This document shows positions 1-10,224 of a stretch of 64,000 nt of DNA, in pieces. This stretch comes from Bacillota bacterium (GTDB lineage Bacteria; Bacillota; DTU025). Every line of letters begins with the position of its first letter. The stretch's first letter is position 1. The stretch is taken from assembly GCA_050951805.1 (NCBI GenBank), contig JBMNJT010000002.1:480001-544000 (forward strand), written 5' to 3'. Under the pieces are notes generated by a model. It saw only the letters and a list, made by a program, of their open reading frames with translations, made no database searches and was not told the origin of the DNA. A program made the translations under genes and the position numbers.

Positions 1-1
1 T

Positions 2-697
2 GCAGGCCGAAAGGGTGAAAAAGGGGTTCTCTATGTTGAAAGGGATGAGCTTTCACCCCTTGTGACAGAGTGTGTGAAAAATGGCATCAGGGTATCGATC
101 CATGCAATAGGTGAAAGGGCCATAGAGCTTGCTATATCCTCTTTGGAGGATGCCGCTCGGGAGGTCTCCGTAGAGAGTGTGCGAGCTATGCGAAACAGGA
201 TAGATCATTGCGTATTGCCTACTCGAGACCACTTGAAGAGGATCCGAGATCTTGGGCTGGTGATCGAGGCGTCCACGTCTTTCATGTATGCTTTGGGCGA
301 CAGCTGGATATCGAACCTCGGCTACGAGAGGGCATGCCGCACATTCCCTCTAGGGAGCGCTATGGACATAGGCATTCGGGTGGCCGGCAATTCTGATTCG
401 CCGGTGTGCGATGGCAGTCCTCTTCTGGGGATGTATGCGGCGGTGACAAGGAAGACTTCGAGCGGTATGACACTCGGTAATTCAGAGAAGATGACAGTGG
501 ATGAAGCTCTCCGTTCGTATACGGCAATAGGTGCCTATGCAGGCTGTGAGGAGAATCTTTGTGGCAGCATCAGCCCTGGCAAGTTTGGCGATTTAGTTGT
601 CTTGTCGGAAAACCCTAGGTCGGTTCCTCCCGAGCACCTGAAGGATATAGATGTTGAAATGACATTCGTCGGAGGAGTCAAAGTCTTTTCCAAGTAA
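2..697 (+). CDS. Amidohydrolase family 3 (YtcJ-like) protein, 5'-truncated by the window edge
   Basis: Motifs IHAIGERA, RNRIDH, NSDSPV, ALRSYT..GAY and GSISPGKFGDLVVLSENP; the frame is open back to position 2. Confidence 0.85.
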   Translation, partial: AGRKGEKGVLYVERDELSPLVTECVKNGIRVSIHAIGERAIELAISSLEDAAREVSVESVRAMRNRIDHCVLPTRDHLKRIRDLGLVIEASTSFMYALGDSWISNLGYERACRTFPLGSAMDIGIRVAGNSDSPVCDGSPLLGMYAAVTRKTSSGMTLGNSEKMTVDEALRSYTAIGAYAGCEENLCGSISPGKFGDLVVLSENPRSVPPEHLKDIDVEMTFVGGVKVFSK

Positions 698-1459
698 TCT
701 TGCTCCTACCTGAACCGGATCAGTGGAGAGAGCATGCCGGCAGAGGATGGCGTCTGACCCCGCGGGGGCTGCACAGGCCTTGCCCGGGGCGGCGCCAGGT
801 CCTTGTCACATTGCATGCCTCCGGGCCGTGACACTCACCATGCCTGAAGGAAGGGGATTGTCGGGTGATCAAACCGAAGCCTGTTTCCGGCATAGGAGCA
901 TGTGCCTGTCCAGGCTGGAAGACCGTTATTGCCTGCTACAGCTTGGAAAATAACCTTCAAAGCCCCAACTTTGTCCTGGCGGGCCCGGTATCCCATTACC
1001 GGCTTTGTTCAGATTGAGTGAGGCCTGTTAGTTGGAGCCCAGTTTCATGCCGCCAGACGACGCAGGATCAGCGCCCATGCGCATGAAAAAGCGCGAAGCC
1101 TGAGAACACTCCTGTTGCTGCAAACCATCGCATATGTGCTATAGCCGGCTGCAAAGGATCTATGTTAAATGCCGACATTTCCTGGACTGATTTGTATGAC
1201 CAGGGCACTGGCGATAAGTCCCGAGCAGGGGGTGGGTGGGGAAAGCATTCGAAGCGCCGCGGTATTATCCTGGCTACAGGAATCATGTTCGCCTTCTTGG
1301 TTTATACACAGGTCCGATATGGTCATGATCAGGAGACAGAAATGCTATAGTTCTATCTGTGGGAAATTGATGAGCCGTATTCCCCCGAGTGCACTCTCTA
1401 CCCACTTGGATGCCTGTGTGTGATGCTTACTATGGCGCGCTGCAAAGGAGCAGATTTCG

Positions 1460-2530
1460 ATGGAGATTTCGAAGATAGGAGAGTTCGGCCTGATATCCCG
1501 GATCGATGATGGATGCGTGAATGATCCGTCCTCAGTAGTTCAGGGAATCGGAGACGATGCGGCTGTCGTGAGGGTTTCCCCCGGATGCATGCTTCTTATA
1601 TGCACTGATATGCTTGTAGAGGATGTCCATTTCATAAGATGCGCTGCTCCCTGGACACATATAGGATACAAGGCTGTGGCTGTAAACCTGAGCGATATTG
1701 CCGCCATGGGCGGCGAGCCTAAGCATTGCGTAGTGTCGATCGCTCTTCCGCCATCGGAGAGGGTGGAGAATGTGGACCGGCTATATGAGGGAATGAAGTG
1801 CCTGCTTGCGAAGGACCGAGTCAATCTCGTCGGGGGCGACATGGTTGAATCCAGCATCCTTGCGATAAGCGTGACCATGGTGGGCCAGGCAGATGAGAAG
1901 AAGATAAAGTACCGCTATGGCGCAAGGCCCGGCGATGTAGTGATGGTCACCGGGGACCTGGGCGCGTCAGCAGCGGGCCTGCATCTTCTCGAGGCCGAGC
2001 TGAAAAGTGGAACATGGACTATCAATTCGGCGCCGGACATGGAAGAGCAGCCTCACCAAGAAGACCCCCGTTCAACTGCTTTGCGCGCTCATTTCCTGCC
2101 GGTTCCGAGGCTGGAAGAATCGAGAACCCTAGTAGGCCTTGGCCCTGGTTGCGTCACGGCTATGATCGATGTCAGTGACGGACTGGCCAGCGAAGTGGGG
2201 CACATATGCGATCGGAGTGGGACCGGTGCCTTGATCTATTCTGATCTCGTGCCAGTATCCGAGTCCGCCAGGATGATTGCGGACGAGGCAGGAATTGATC
2301 CACTCGAGTGGGCTCTTTTTGGAGGCGAGGATTTCGAACTCCTTTTCACCGTCTCCAAGGGTTATGTACGAGATGTAGAAGATGCATTCGAGGCAGCTGG
2401 CCTTTGCCGTGTTACCGCTATCGGCGAAATAACTGAGCCTTCTCTGAGACGGTCCATTGTTATTGCAGGCGGCGAGAGGGTGGACTTGGCCCGGGACGGG
2501 TACGTCCATTTTAGGCAGGCTTTTAGATAA
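1460..2530 (+). CDS. thiL: Thiamine-monophosphate kinase
   Basis: GEFGLI, GIGDDAA, TDMLVEDVHF, NLSDIAAMGG, LVGGD, MIDVSDGL, GGEDFELLFT and GYVHF motifs; AAGGAG RBS. Confidence 0.95.
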   Translation: MEISKIGEFGLISRIDDGCVNDPSSVVQGIGDDAAVVRVSPGCMLLICTDMLVEDVHFIRCAAPWTHIGYKAVAVNLSDIAAMGGEPKHCVVSIALPPSERVENVDRLYEGMKCLLAKDRVNLVGGDMVESSILAISVTMVGQADEKKIKYRYGARPGDVVMVTGDLGASAAGLHLLEAELKSGTWTINSAPDMEEQPHQEDPRSTALRAHFLPVPRLEESRTLVGLGPGCVTAMIDVSDGLASEVGHICDRSGTGALIYSDLVPVSESARMIADEAGIDPLEWALFGGEDFELLFTVSKGYVRDVEDAFEAAGLCRVTAIGEITEPSLRRSIVIAGGERVDLARDGYVHFRQAFR

Positions 2531-2902
2531 ATTTGTCGTGGAGCATTGTACTGAGGTCGGCTTGTCTCGGGGTGTTTTAGACATCATCCGAATCAGCGCA
2601 GATAGGGGAGAGCACGACGCTGAACGAGTCATTGGGCTGTACGAGGATGGCCTCGTGCTATTTTTCTGCCCGGCAGAGCCGAGATGCGTCTGTGAAATGA
2701 CGGAGAAATGGTGCAGCAGGGAATTGGTTCGCCATCAGGCGCAGACTGGCAAACATCGACAAACTGGCTTAAGTGATGATACTATGGGCATGTGATCACG
2801 CGAAGATGCCATTTGGGCGTCTGCGCGGCCAGTGATCCTCTCTCAAGTGCTAGATCGTCGGGGGATAATCAATTGGTTTCAGTTAATGGGGATTCCCCAT
2901 CG

Positions 2903-4225
2903 ATGCCCGAAGGGCAGAAGCGCTCGTCTCGTCTGATTAATCGAACCCTGATGACATTTCTCGTAGCCATGATTTTCGCAAATATTGCATCTGAGATGGG
3001 GCAGCCCCTCATGTCGCTGTATGTGCAGTCGCTTGGCGCCAACGTGCAGCAGGTGGGGCTCTTGTTTACGATTGCATCTGTCGTGCCATTGGCATTTCAG
3101 ATTCTCGGCGGATTTGTGTCAGATTCAATTGGGCGTCTTCAGGCGATTGCAATTGGCAGCGTTGCAGGGATTGTAGGGTATGCGCTTCACGTAGTGGCGC
3201 CAACGTGGCAGTGGATTATCCTGGCGCAGAGCATATCTTCTCTTGCAGGCTGTTTTGTGGCCCCAAGCTTTCGAGCGTTTATCGCCGAGCAATCGTCAGA
3301 GGAGATGCGTGCAAGGTGTTTCGCTCTTACGGACTCGATATACATGATAGTAGGGGTTGTTGGACCGCCTATCGGGGGCATTGTGTCGGAGAAGTACGGG
3401 TACCGCGCGATGTTCGCAACGGCAGGAGTACTTTACGCAGTCGCGACAATCATACGGTTTGCCATGGCCAGATCCGCTCAAAACAGGACAGGTCCTGTGA
3501 TGGAGAGGATGACCTTTCCGAAACTCAAGAAAGACATCGCGTTCATGATGTCGTCTGTATTCGCTGGAGGCATACTCACGTGGCTCTTCATCTCTGATGG
3601 GGTCTTCGATGTGGCCTACAGCACGTCATATAGGTTTGAGCCGCTCTACCTCGGAAACATAGTGGGTCTGAGCAACAGGCAGATCGGACTCTTGAGCTCG
3701 TTGTTCTCTGGGGCGATGATGATATTGTTGCCTTTTGGCGGATGGTTTGCGGACAGATTCGGCGAGCGAGCAGGATTGGTATCCGGGCATGCCTTACACG
3801 CGATAGGGTATCTGATTCTGCTGCTGTTTGCCAGAGAACACTGGCATTTCGCGCTTATCTGGATTCTGTACGGAATCGGGGCTGCGCTGCTCAGCCCCGC
3901 CTACAACTCCTTGATTTCAAAAGTTGTCCCACTCGAACTGCACGGAACCGCATTTGGCTTGTTTTCAACGAGCCTGGGACTGATATCGCTTCCTGCGCCA
4001 TACATAGGAGGCCTCATGTGGGATAACATCGGTCCAAAGGCGCCATTTATCGTCCCCATGGCTGCGAGCGCGATAATGATTCCGGTTCTGTGGAGTAAGC
4101 TTGATCCGGGCAAAGCTGAGGATTGTGGCCGAGGTGGAATTGCGGAGAATGAGGGGGAACTTTCTGATTCTTCAGGTGGAGACGTTTCAGGGGATTCGTC
4201 TACTCCTCAGGACGAACTGAGTTGA
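2903..4225 (+). CDS. MFS transporter (about 12 TM)
   Basis: Motif A GGFVSDSIGR and GGWFADRFGER; hydrophobic helices; start moved to ATG 2903 (ORF track gives 2792). Confidence 0.88.
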   Translation: MPEGQKRSSRLINRTLMTFLVAMIFANIASEMGQPLMSLYVQSLGANVQQVGLLFTIASVVPLAFQILGGFVSDSIGRLQAIAIGSVAGIVGYALHVVAPTWQWIILAQSISSLAGCFVAPSFRAFIAEQSSEEMRARCFALTDSIYMIVGVVGPPIGGIVSEKYGYRAMFATAGVLYAVATIIRFAMARSAQNRTGPVMERMTFPKLKKDIAFMMSSVFAGGILTWLFISDGVFDVAYSTSYRFEPLYLGNIVGLSNRQIGLLSSLFSGAMMILLPFGGWFADRFGERAGLVSGHALHAIGYLILLLFAREHWHFALIWILYGIGAALLSPAYNSLISKVVPLELHGTAFGLFSTSLGLISLPAPYIGGLMWDNIGPKAPFIVPMAASAIMIPVLWSKLDPGKAEDCGRGGIAENEGELSDSSGGDVSGDSSTPQDELS

Positions 4226-4489
4226 TTCCTTTAGGGCAGCAATAGAGGAGTTGCGGGCAGTGTATAGAAAAAGACAAACATGTTGGTGATTTAGGCCGAA
4301 TCATGCCTATTTAAAAAAGGATAATGGCGCGGACCGGGAGAGCAGGAGAGGTCTGTCATGTTGGCGCATACGGCCTGATCGTCGTTTGTTGCCGAAGATG
4401 GCAGGCTTTTTCATTATTATGCTCAAAGTCTGGAAGACGGGACATCGATGGGATGCTGAGATCAATTGTGTAAGGGGTGTATATCCTGA

Positions 4490-5281
4490 GTGGCGGAAGA
4501 GATCAGGTGCCTTTTGGTCGACCTTGACGGGACGATTTACCTTGGGGACAGACTCATTGACGGCGCTTTGCGGTTGAAAGATGTGGCGGAGGAAAAGGGC
4601 ATACAAGTATTCTTTATGACGAACAACTCTTCAAGGTCTGTGAATTTCTACTCGGAAAAGCTGACTAGGCTAGGCTGGCCCGTAGGCACAGATTCGATTC
4701 TCAGCTCGCAGGAGGCAACAGCCTTGGAATTGAGCCGGCGAGGAGTGTCGAGCGTGTATTCGGTGGGCACCGAAAGCCTCAAGGCAGAGTTGGAACGCTA
4801 TGGTATGACAGTTCATGCAGGCTATGATGAATCTGCTGAGTACGTTGTGGTGGGGTTCGATACTACGCTTACATACGAGAAACTAGTGATTGCCGGCAGA
4901 CACATACAACGGGGGGTGCGTGTCATTGCTACGCATCCCGACACTGTGTGCCCGGTAGGAAAAACCGAGTTCATACCGGATTGCGGGTCGATAATCGCTT
5001 GCCTCAAAACCGCCTACGAGCAGATGACGGTGGAGGTCATGGGGAAGCCTGAAGCTGGAATGGTGAAGTTGGTCGAGTCGCGGACCCCGTTCCGGGGCAA
5101 ACAGATAGGGGTTGTTGGCGATAGGCTTTACACAGATATGAAGTTCGCCAAAAACTGGGGCATGCGCTCAGTGCTAGTGCTTTCGGGGGAAACTAGCCGA
5201 GATGACATCACCGAAGAGAACAAGCCCGACATAGTCGTGGACCACGTAGGCGTATTGGCGGACATGCTATTGATGGAATAA
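4490..5281 (+). CDS. HAD-IIA family hydrolase (NagD-like)
   Basis: DLDGTIY, TNNSS, THPD, GKP, VGDRLYTD and VLSGET motifs. Confidence 0.92.
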   Translation: MAEEIRCLLVDLDGTIYLGDRLIDGALRLKDVAEEKGIQVFFMTNNSSRSVNFYSEKLTRLGWPVGTDSILSSQEATALELSRRGVSSVYSVGTESLKAELERYGMTVHAGYDESAEYVVVGFDTTLTYEKLVIAGRHIQRGVRVIATHPDTVCPVGKTEFIPDCGSIIACLKTAYEQMTVEVMGKPEAGMVKLVESRTPFRGKQIGVVGDRLYTDMKFAKNWGMRSVLVLSGETSRDDITEENKPDIVVDHVGVLADMLLME

Positions 5282-5291
5282 CCAAAGGGAA

Positions 5292-5325
5292 GGAGGGGCG
5301 GATACGATCCGCCCCCCCGGTTTTC
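5292..5325 (+). terminator. Rho-independent terminator
   Basis: GGGGCGGAT-ACG-ATCCGCCCC stem followed by a short T tract just after the HAD stop. Confidence 0.7.
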
Positions 5326-5968
5326 AGTTGCGATTTGCTTTGCGCCATTTACATCCTTCAAAGCTCGTATTCTACCAGGCGTTGCATGTTTACAGGCTCA
5401 AAATCAATCCAGGCAAAGCCGCAAGGCCGGATGCTGCGGTCCCTTCGCAGACGGGACTATGCACATGCTCTGAATCTGCTGTGGTTACCAGATCCCTTGC
5501 GGCCTAATCGGGCGTGTGCTGTCATGTCGGGATGAAATAGGATGCTGGCAACTCGGCGAGCGGGGTTCTTTGTACGAAGAGTGTAATAGCTGTAGGGCCG
5601 CTCCACGGTACCACACCCAAGTAGCGCGAGGTCTGCGATATGCCCCAAGTGAGCCCATCTCCAAAACAAGTGCTTTTCCTGATCTACTATGAGCCAATCA
5701 GAGCCCTTCGTGACATGCTTCAGGGCGTCCTTTACAACGAGTCAACGGTCTCATGGGATGGAGGCAGCGCAAGGATCTTGCCAAGCTAGTATATTATGGA
5801 TACCCGTGCGAACGTTTGAGGGCTTGAGCGATCCATCGGCAGACTGCAACTGACTCTACTTACTGAGAAGGATTTGTACAATGAAAGAAGAAGTGGCAAT
5901 TAATACAGGTTGTACGGTCTTGTTTCGTCGCAGCAAAAAGTCTGGCTTATCGGAGGGGGTGACTATCC

Positions 5969-7381
5969 GTGCGAACCAAAGCCAAAGGGGTGCTGCTTAT
6001 CGTTGTAGTCGTGGCGCTCTGTGCGCCCCGAATTTGCTCAGCCAATATGTACCCTGGTTCTGAATGCCATGGTACGCTTGATTTCAGCGCAGATTTAAAC
6101 AACATAGAGGAGATCATCCGAGAACTCGCTTCTGAAAAGTATATGGGTCGTCTTCCCGGTACCCAAGGGAATTGGGATGCAGTAGAATACGTAGCCGACT
6201 ATTTCCGCCGACTCGGGCTTGTTTGCCCTGAAAGCCTCGATGGTTATCTGCAGCCATATGTCCAGCCGGTCCGGATGTTTCGGCGTGCTCCAGAGCTTCA
6301 GATCGTAGACGCAGTTGGCAATCTGGTATCGAACTTTGATTATGTAGAACAATACGCCCCAGCGCCTATGCAAGGTTGGATGGTATCTAAGGAGGTTGTG
6401 GGGAAAGGAGTTGTCCTCGAGAGACTGAGCCATCTTGATGATATGGAAGACGGGAAGATCCTGCTCATTCCGCTGCCCATATCGGAGAGCGCCGCAGATA
6501 TGCACATTCTATATAATCGCCTCGCATCAGAAGATGAAGATCCGCCGGAATTTGCCGGCATTGTCCTGGAGACAGACATTGCTGAGATCGGTTATTTCCC
6601 CGTATACGGTCTGATATCGCAGGACGTCGAGTTTCAGGACCGTGATGCCCATCTCTCGTCGGGACCTGTGATCTTCAAGTGCGATGTTGACGTCTTCTCG
6701 CGGCTCGTTGAAGCGAGCGGATGTGGGCTGCGCATCAGGATGGACTGGGATTTCGCGGTGGAGGATGTTATTGCCGCTAATGTCGTTGCTGTGCTTTTGG
6801 GGCCTGATGGAGAGGTGGACGAAGACCACGTTATCATCGGTGCCCATATCGACCATATGGGCAGCAACTTCAACGGCACGTATAACCCGGGGGCCATGGA
6901 CAATGCCTCAGGGATGGCGGCTATGATGGAAATAGCCAGGCTGCTTGCGGAAACTGCGCATCGCCCGAGGCGGGCGGTGGTCTTCATTGCCTTCAACGGG
7001 GAGGAAGAGGGGATGTGGGGATCGAGGTATTACTCGAACAACCCGTGCTATCCTCTGGATGAAGCAGTGATGATAAACATCGACAATGTCGGATCGAAAT
7101 ACGATGTTCCCCTAGTCATCGAGGAATACGCCATGATGCTCACTAGTCTTGTCTACCATCTTTATGGCATAGCCCTGCAGCACGGAATCGACTCAGAGAT
7201 GGGAAGCGGTTCAATGTGCGACAACGCCTCGTTTGCGCTTGCCGGCATTGAGGCTGTAAGCCTCATTCACCCTGACTACAGTTACGGCTTCCACGGGCCT
7301 GCTGATACGCCGGACCGTGTTGATGCTAGACGAGTTGCTGAGATCGTCGACATCATACTCAACTATTTATACAGCTACTGA
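5969..7381 (+). CDS. Secreted M28 family metallopeptidase with a PA-like insert
   Basis: Signal peptide; GRLPGT, IGAHIDH, GAMDNASG, FNGEEEGMWGS, NIDNVG and FHGPAD motifs. Confidence 0.9.
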   Translation: MRTKAKGVLLIVVVVALCAPRICSANMYPGSECHGTLDFSADLNNIEEIIRELASEKYMGRLPGTQGNWDAVEYVADYFRRLGLVCPESLDGYLQPYVQPVRMFRRAPELQIVDAVGNLVSNFDYVEQYAPAPMQGWMVSKEVVGKGVVLERLSHLDDMEDGKILLIPLPISESAADMHILYNRLASEDEDPPEFAGIVLETDIAEIGYFPVYGLISQDVEFQDRDAHLSSGPVIFKCDVDVFSRLVEASGCGLRIRMDWDFAVEDVIAANVVAVLLGPDGEVDEDHVIIGAHIDHMGSNFNGTYNPGAMDNASGMAAMMEIARLLAETAHRPRRAVVFIAFNGEEEGMWGSRYYSNNPCYPLDEAVMINIDNVGSKYDVPLVIEEYAMMLTSLVYHLYGIALQHGIDSEMGSGSMCDNASFALAGIEAVSLIHPDYSYGFHGPADTPDRVDARRVAEIVDIILNYLYSY

Positions 7382-7574
7382 TTTTGGCAACTTGCTGCTG
7401 CAATGGAGTTCTCTCCAATAGATTTACCCCGACATATGTGGTATGATTTTGGCAATTGTGTTAGTGCCTTGTTCATACTTTGTTATGCAGTAGACGGTGG
7501 CACGCCATAATCGTGTAGGGGAAAACCTTTAAATGGAATAAATAGGAAGGCGGACGTCGAAAGGGTGGAATCGT

Positions 7575-8417
7575 TTGATCGAAGTGAGGGACCTCGTCAA
7601 GCACTACGGAGATGTAAGGGCTGTTGACGGCGTGAATTTCGTCTGTTCTGATGGCCAGATAACAGGATTGCTGGGCCCGAACGGGGCAGGGAAGACGACC
7701 ACGCTTAGGATGATATGTGGGCTGATTCGTCCGACGCGTGGCACTGTTGTCGTTGACGGACATGACGTGATACAGGACCCTGCGTCGGTTCGCAGGGTCT
7801 TAGGAGTGCAAACGGATTCGAGCGGCGTTTACCCGCGACTCACTCCGAGAGAGCATCTCAGGTACTATGGTGCGTTCTACGGAATTGCCGGAGATAGGCT
7901 GGAGCAGAGGATTCAAGAAGTCATTGACGCCTTGGACATGGGAGAATTCGCTGACAGGAGGGCCGAGGGTTTTAGCCGCGGGCAGAGGCAAAAGGTAGTT
8001 CTCGGCCGTGCCCTCGTGCATGACCCCAAAAACATCATCATGGATGAGCCCACCACTGGCCTTGACGTGATGGCTGTGCGGGAGACCCGTAGCATGATTC
8101 GGGCTCTTAGAGACAAGGGCCATTGCGTGCTCTTTACCACTCATTACATGGATGAAGCCGCAAGATTGTGCGACAGGATCGCTGTAATCATCCGCGGCAG
8201 GATAGCCGCGTTCGGCAGCCCGCGCCAACTGATGGAGCAGACAGGCCGGGACTCGCTCGAAGACGCCTTCGTCGAACTTGCCGGGGGCGGCGAAGGGCTG
8301 CTGGTGAGCGGAGATGCGGGAAACGGCGACAACGATGATCAAACGATCGTGGCTAATGGCCTTGACGGATGCACAGAGGATTCTGCTCGGGTCGGTGCTG
8401 CGGTGGACCGGAGGTGA
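7575..8417 (+). CDS. ABC exporter ATP-binding subunit (NatA-like)
   Basis: Walker A GPNGAGKTT, signature FSRGQRQ, Walker B MDEPT, H-loop. Confidence 0.9.
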   Translation: MIEVRDLVKHYGDVRAVDGVNFVCSDGQITGLLGPNGAGKTTTLRMICGLIRPTRGTVVVDGHDVIQDPASVRRVLGVQTDSSGVYPRLTPREHLRYYGAFYGIAGDRLEQRIQEVIDALDMGEFADRRAEGFSRGQRQKVVLGRALVHDPKNIIMDEPTTGLDVMAVRETRSMIRALRDKGHCVLFTTHYMDEAARLCDRIAVIIRGRIAAFGSPRQLMEQTGRDSLEDAFVELAGGGEGLLVSGDAGNGDNDDQTIVANGLDGCTEDSARVGAAVDRR

Positions 8418-8424
8418 GGAGAGC

Positions 8425-9612
8425 ATGTGGACGGATTTTGTGAACATTTGGCGCAAGGAGATGGTTACTACAGTACGTGACCGAAAGGGAATGACCCAGG
8501 CCATACTCGTGCCGCTGATCATTGCGGTCTTCTATGCCAGTTTTACGCCACTGTTGAATAAGGCGATGTTCGAGAGGAGCCAGAAGCCCCTGATTATTCC
8601 GGCAAAAGGGGTTGCGTATGTGGATAGTGGGTTTCTGGACACGATGCGGGAATTCGGCATTACACTCGAGGAGTATGAGGGAGATCTCGAGGCGGTCATA
8701 CGCCGCGGCGACAAGGAATCGGGATTGATATTCGAGCCAGGATTTGCCGAAAATGTAGCTGAAGAGAGGCCTGCCCAGATCAGACTTGTGACAAACGGAA
8801 CGGCAGGCGGCATCTTTGGAGGTGGGTTTTCCGATAGCCGTCTTCAGCTGGCAGTGAGCGTTTTCAACCAGAAGGCGGCTGCACAGCGTGTGGCAGTTCG
8901 GGGGATAGATCCATCAGCTCTTGTGCCGGTGGTTTTGGAGACAGAGGATGTTGCGACTCCGGAGCAGGAGGGGGCGCTTTGGGCCTCTTTCTACCTTCCG
9001 ATACTTGTGGCGGTGGTGTTGGCCCAGGGCGGCTTGTTTGTAGCAATAGATGTGACTGCGGGCGAGAAGGAGAGGGGAACTCTAGATGCTTTGCTTGTCA
9101 CGCCTGCATCTGATTGGGCGATTCTCCTTGGCAAGATGGCGGCGGTTTTTGTTATAGGGCTCATTCCTCTTTTGCTCAGCGTGACGGCATTCTGGGTCGT
9201 AAGCAACATGATGCCGTCTGTGGCCGCTGTATCGCAGCAAGGCTTGCCCGTTTTCGTGCTCTGGGGTTCGTTGCTCATAGGCATCCCTATGGCATTGGTA
9301 ATGAGTGTTGCACAGATGATAGTAAGCGTTCGAGCACGAACCTTCCGTGATGCGCAATCGGCTGCAAGTCCGCTCGTGTTCGCCATGATGATTCCCGGAT
9401 TCGTCGCTGCTTTTGCTCCTCCAAAAGCCCTATGGCCGTGTCTGGTCCCTCTATATGGCCCGTTTGCCGCTCTGAGCAGGATGACGCAAGCCGGCAAATT
9501 GCAGTGGGATTCGCTTGCGCTTGCGACTATTGGCAGCATTGTCTTGGCAGTGATCTTGATGACCGTGGCGGTCAAGCTTTTTGACAGAGAGAGGCTGCTT
9601 TACGGGGCCTAG
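8425..9612 (+). CDS. ABC-2 exporter permease (NatB-like)
   Basis: KE...VRDRK N-terminus and AGEKERGTL..LLVTP motif; ATG 8425 follows a GAGGAG RBS. Confidence 0.88.
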   Translation: MWTDFVNIWRKEMVTTVRDRKGMTQAILVPLIIAVFYASFTPLLNKAMFERSQKPLIIPAKGVAYVDSGFLDTMREFGITLEEYEGDLEAVIRRGDKESGLIFEPGFAENVAEERPAQIRLVTNGTAGGIFGGGFSDSRLQLAVSVFNQKAAAQRVAVRGIDPSALVPVVLETEDVATPEQEGALWASFYLPILVAVVLAQGGLFVAIDVTAGEKERGTLDALLVTPASDWAILLGKMAAVFVIGLIPLLLSVTAFWVVSNMMPSVAAVSQQGLPVFVLWGSLLIGIPMALVMSVAQMIVSVRARTFRDAQSAASPLVFAMMIPGFVAAFAPPKALWPCLVPLYGPFAALSRMTQAGKLQWDSLALATIGSIVLAVILMTVAVKLFDRERLLYGA

Positions 9613-9995
9613 CTAAGTCTTGATAATGTGTTGCGTCATTCTCGAGCTCTTCGTAGCCTCGGCTTTCCCCGGTTGGCCTGCGCCAGGCAAATATCAGCCG
9701 TTAGAGTATTCCCACGAGATGCTCAATACTGGGGATGTAAACGGCCTTCATGATCAGTTGAGTAGTTGTTTGTTTGCGAAAGTATACTCAGATAAGCATT
9801 TCGTCCCCGGCTATCCCGAACGCCTGAGTATCGCTCCAAACAACTTCTTCCCGCTTGTTTCCTCATTCGAATCATCCTGGACGATCCTCTTACACTGCTT
9901 GAACATTACCCATAGGAAACGGTGTTATGCAAAGGCTTGCATCCCGATCGCAAAACTAGGCAGATTATGTCATGCTGGTTTATCGCAGGGTTCTA

Positions 9996-10050
9996 TTGAC
10001 ATAAGCGGAACCATATTGTACTATTGTCTTACGAACTATAACGTTATAGT
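9996..10050 (+). promoter_or_regulatory. sigmaA-type promoter with LacI-family operator
   Basis: TTGACA(9996)-17 bp-TACTAT(10019); perfect 16-bp palindrome ACTATAACGTTATAGT at 10035-10050. Confidence 0.75.
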
Positions 10051-10224
10051 AAATGCTATTTTAGCGATTTATCAATACAAATGCCAGCCATTTATACACA
10101 CATGCACTACCCGCCACTTGCGCGCAAGTATGTTCGGCGGGTCTGGGTTCCCGGTTTGACCGTCGTATTGCGCACGTTGCTTGAAGAATGTTACTACAGA
10201 CCTTCGGGAGCATGGGAGGCGGCC

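Noticed and set aside
698-1459. TPP riboswitch upstream of thiL, and the short ORFs in this gap
   Set aside because: No CTGAGA/ACCTGA consensus was found; the ORFs lack an RBS and any motif.
5330-5960. Possible ncRNA or small ORFs in the gap of about 630 bp before the M28 peptidase
   Set aside because: No riboswitch consensus, repeat or credible ORF was recognised.
7800-8522. 240-aa minus-strand ORF
   Set aside because: Antisense to the ABC ATPase gene.
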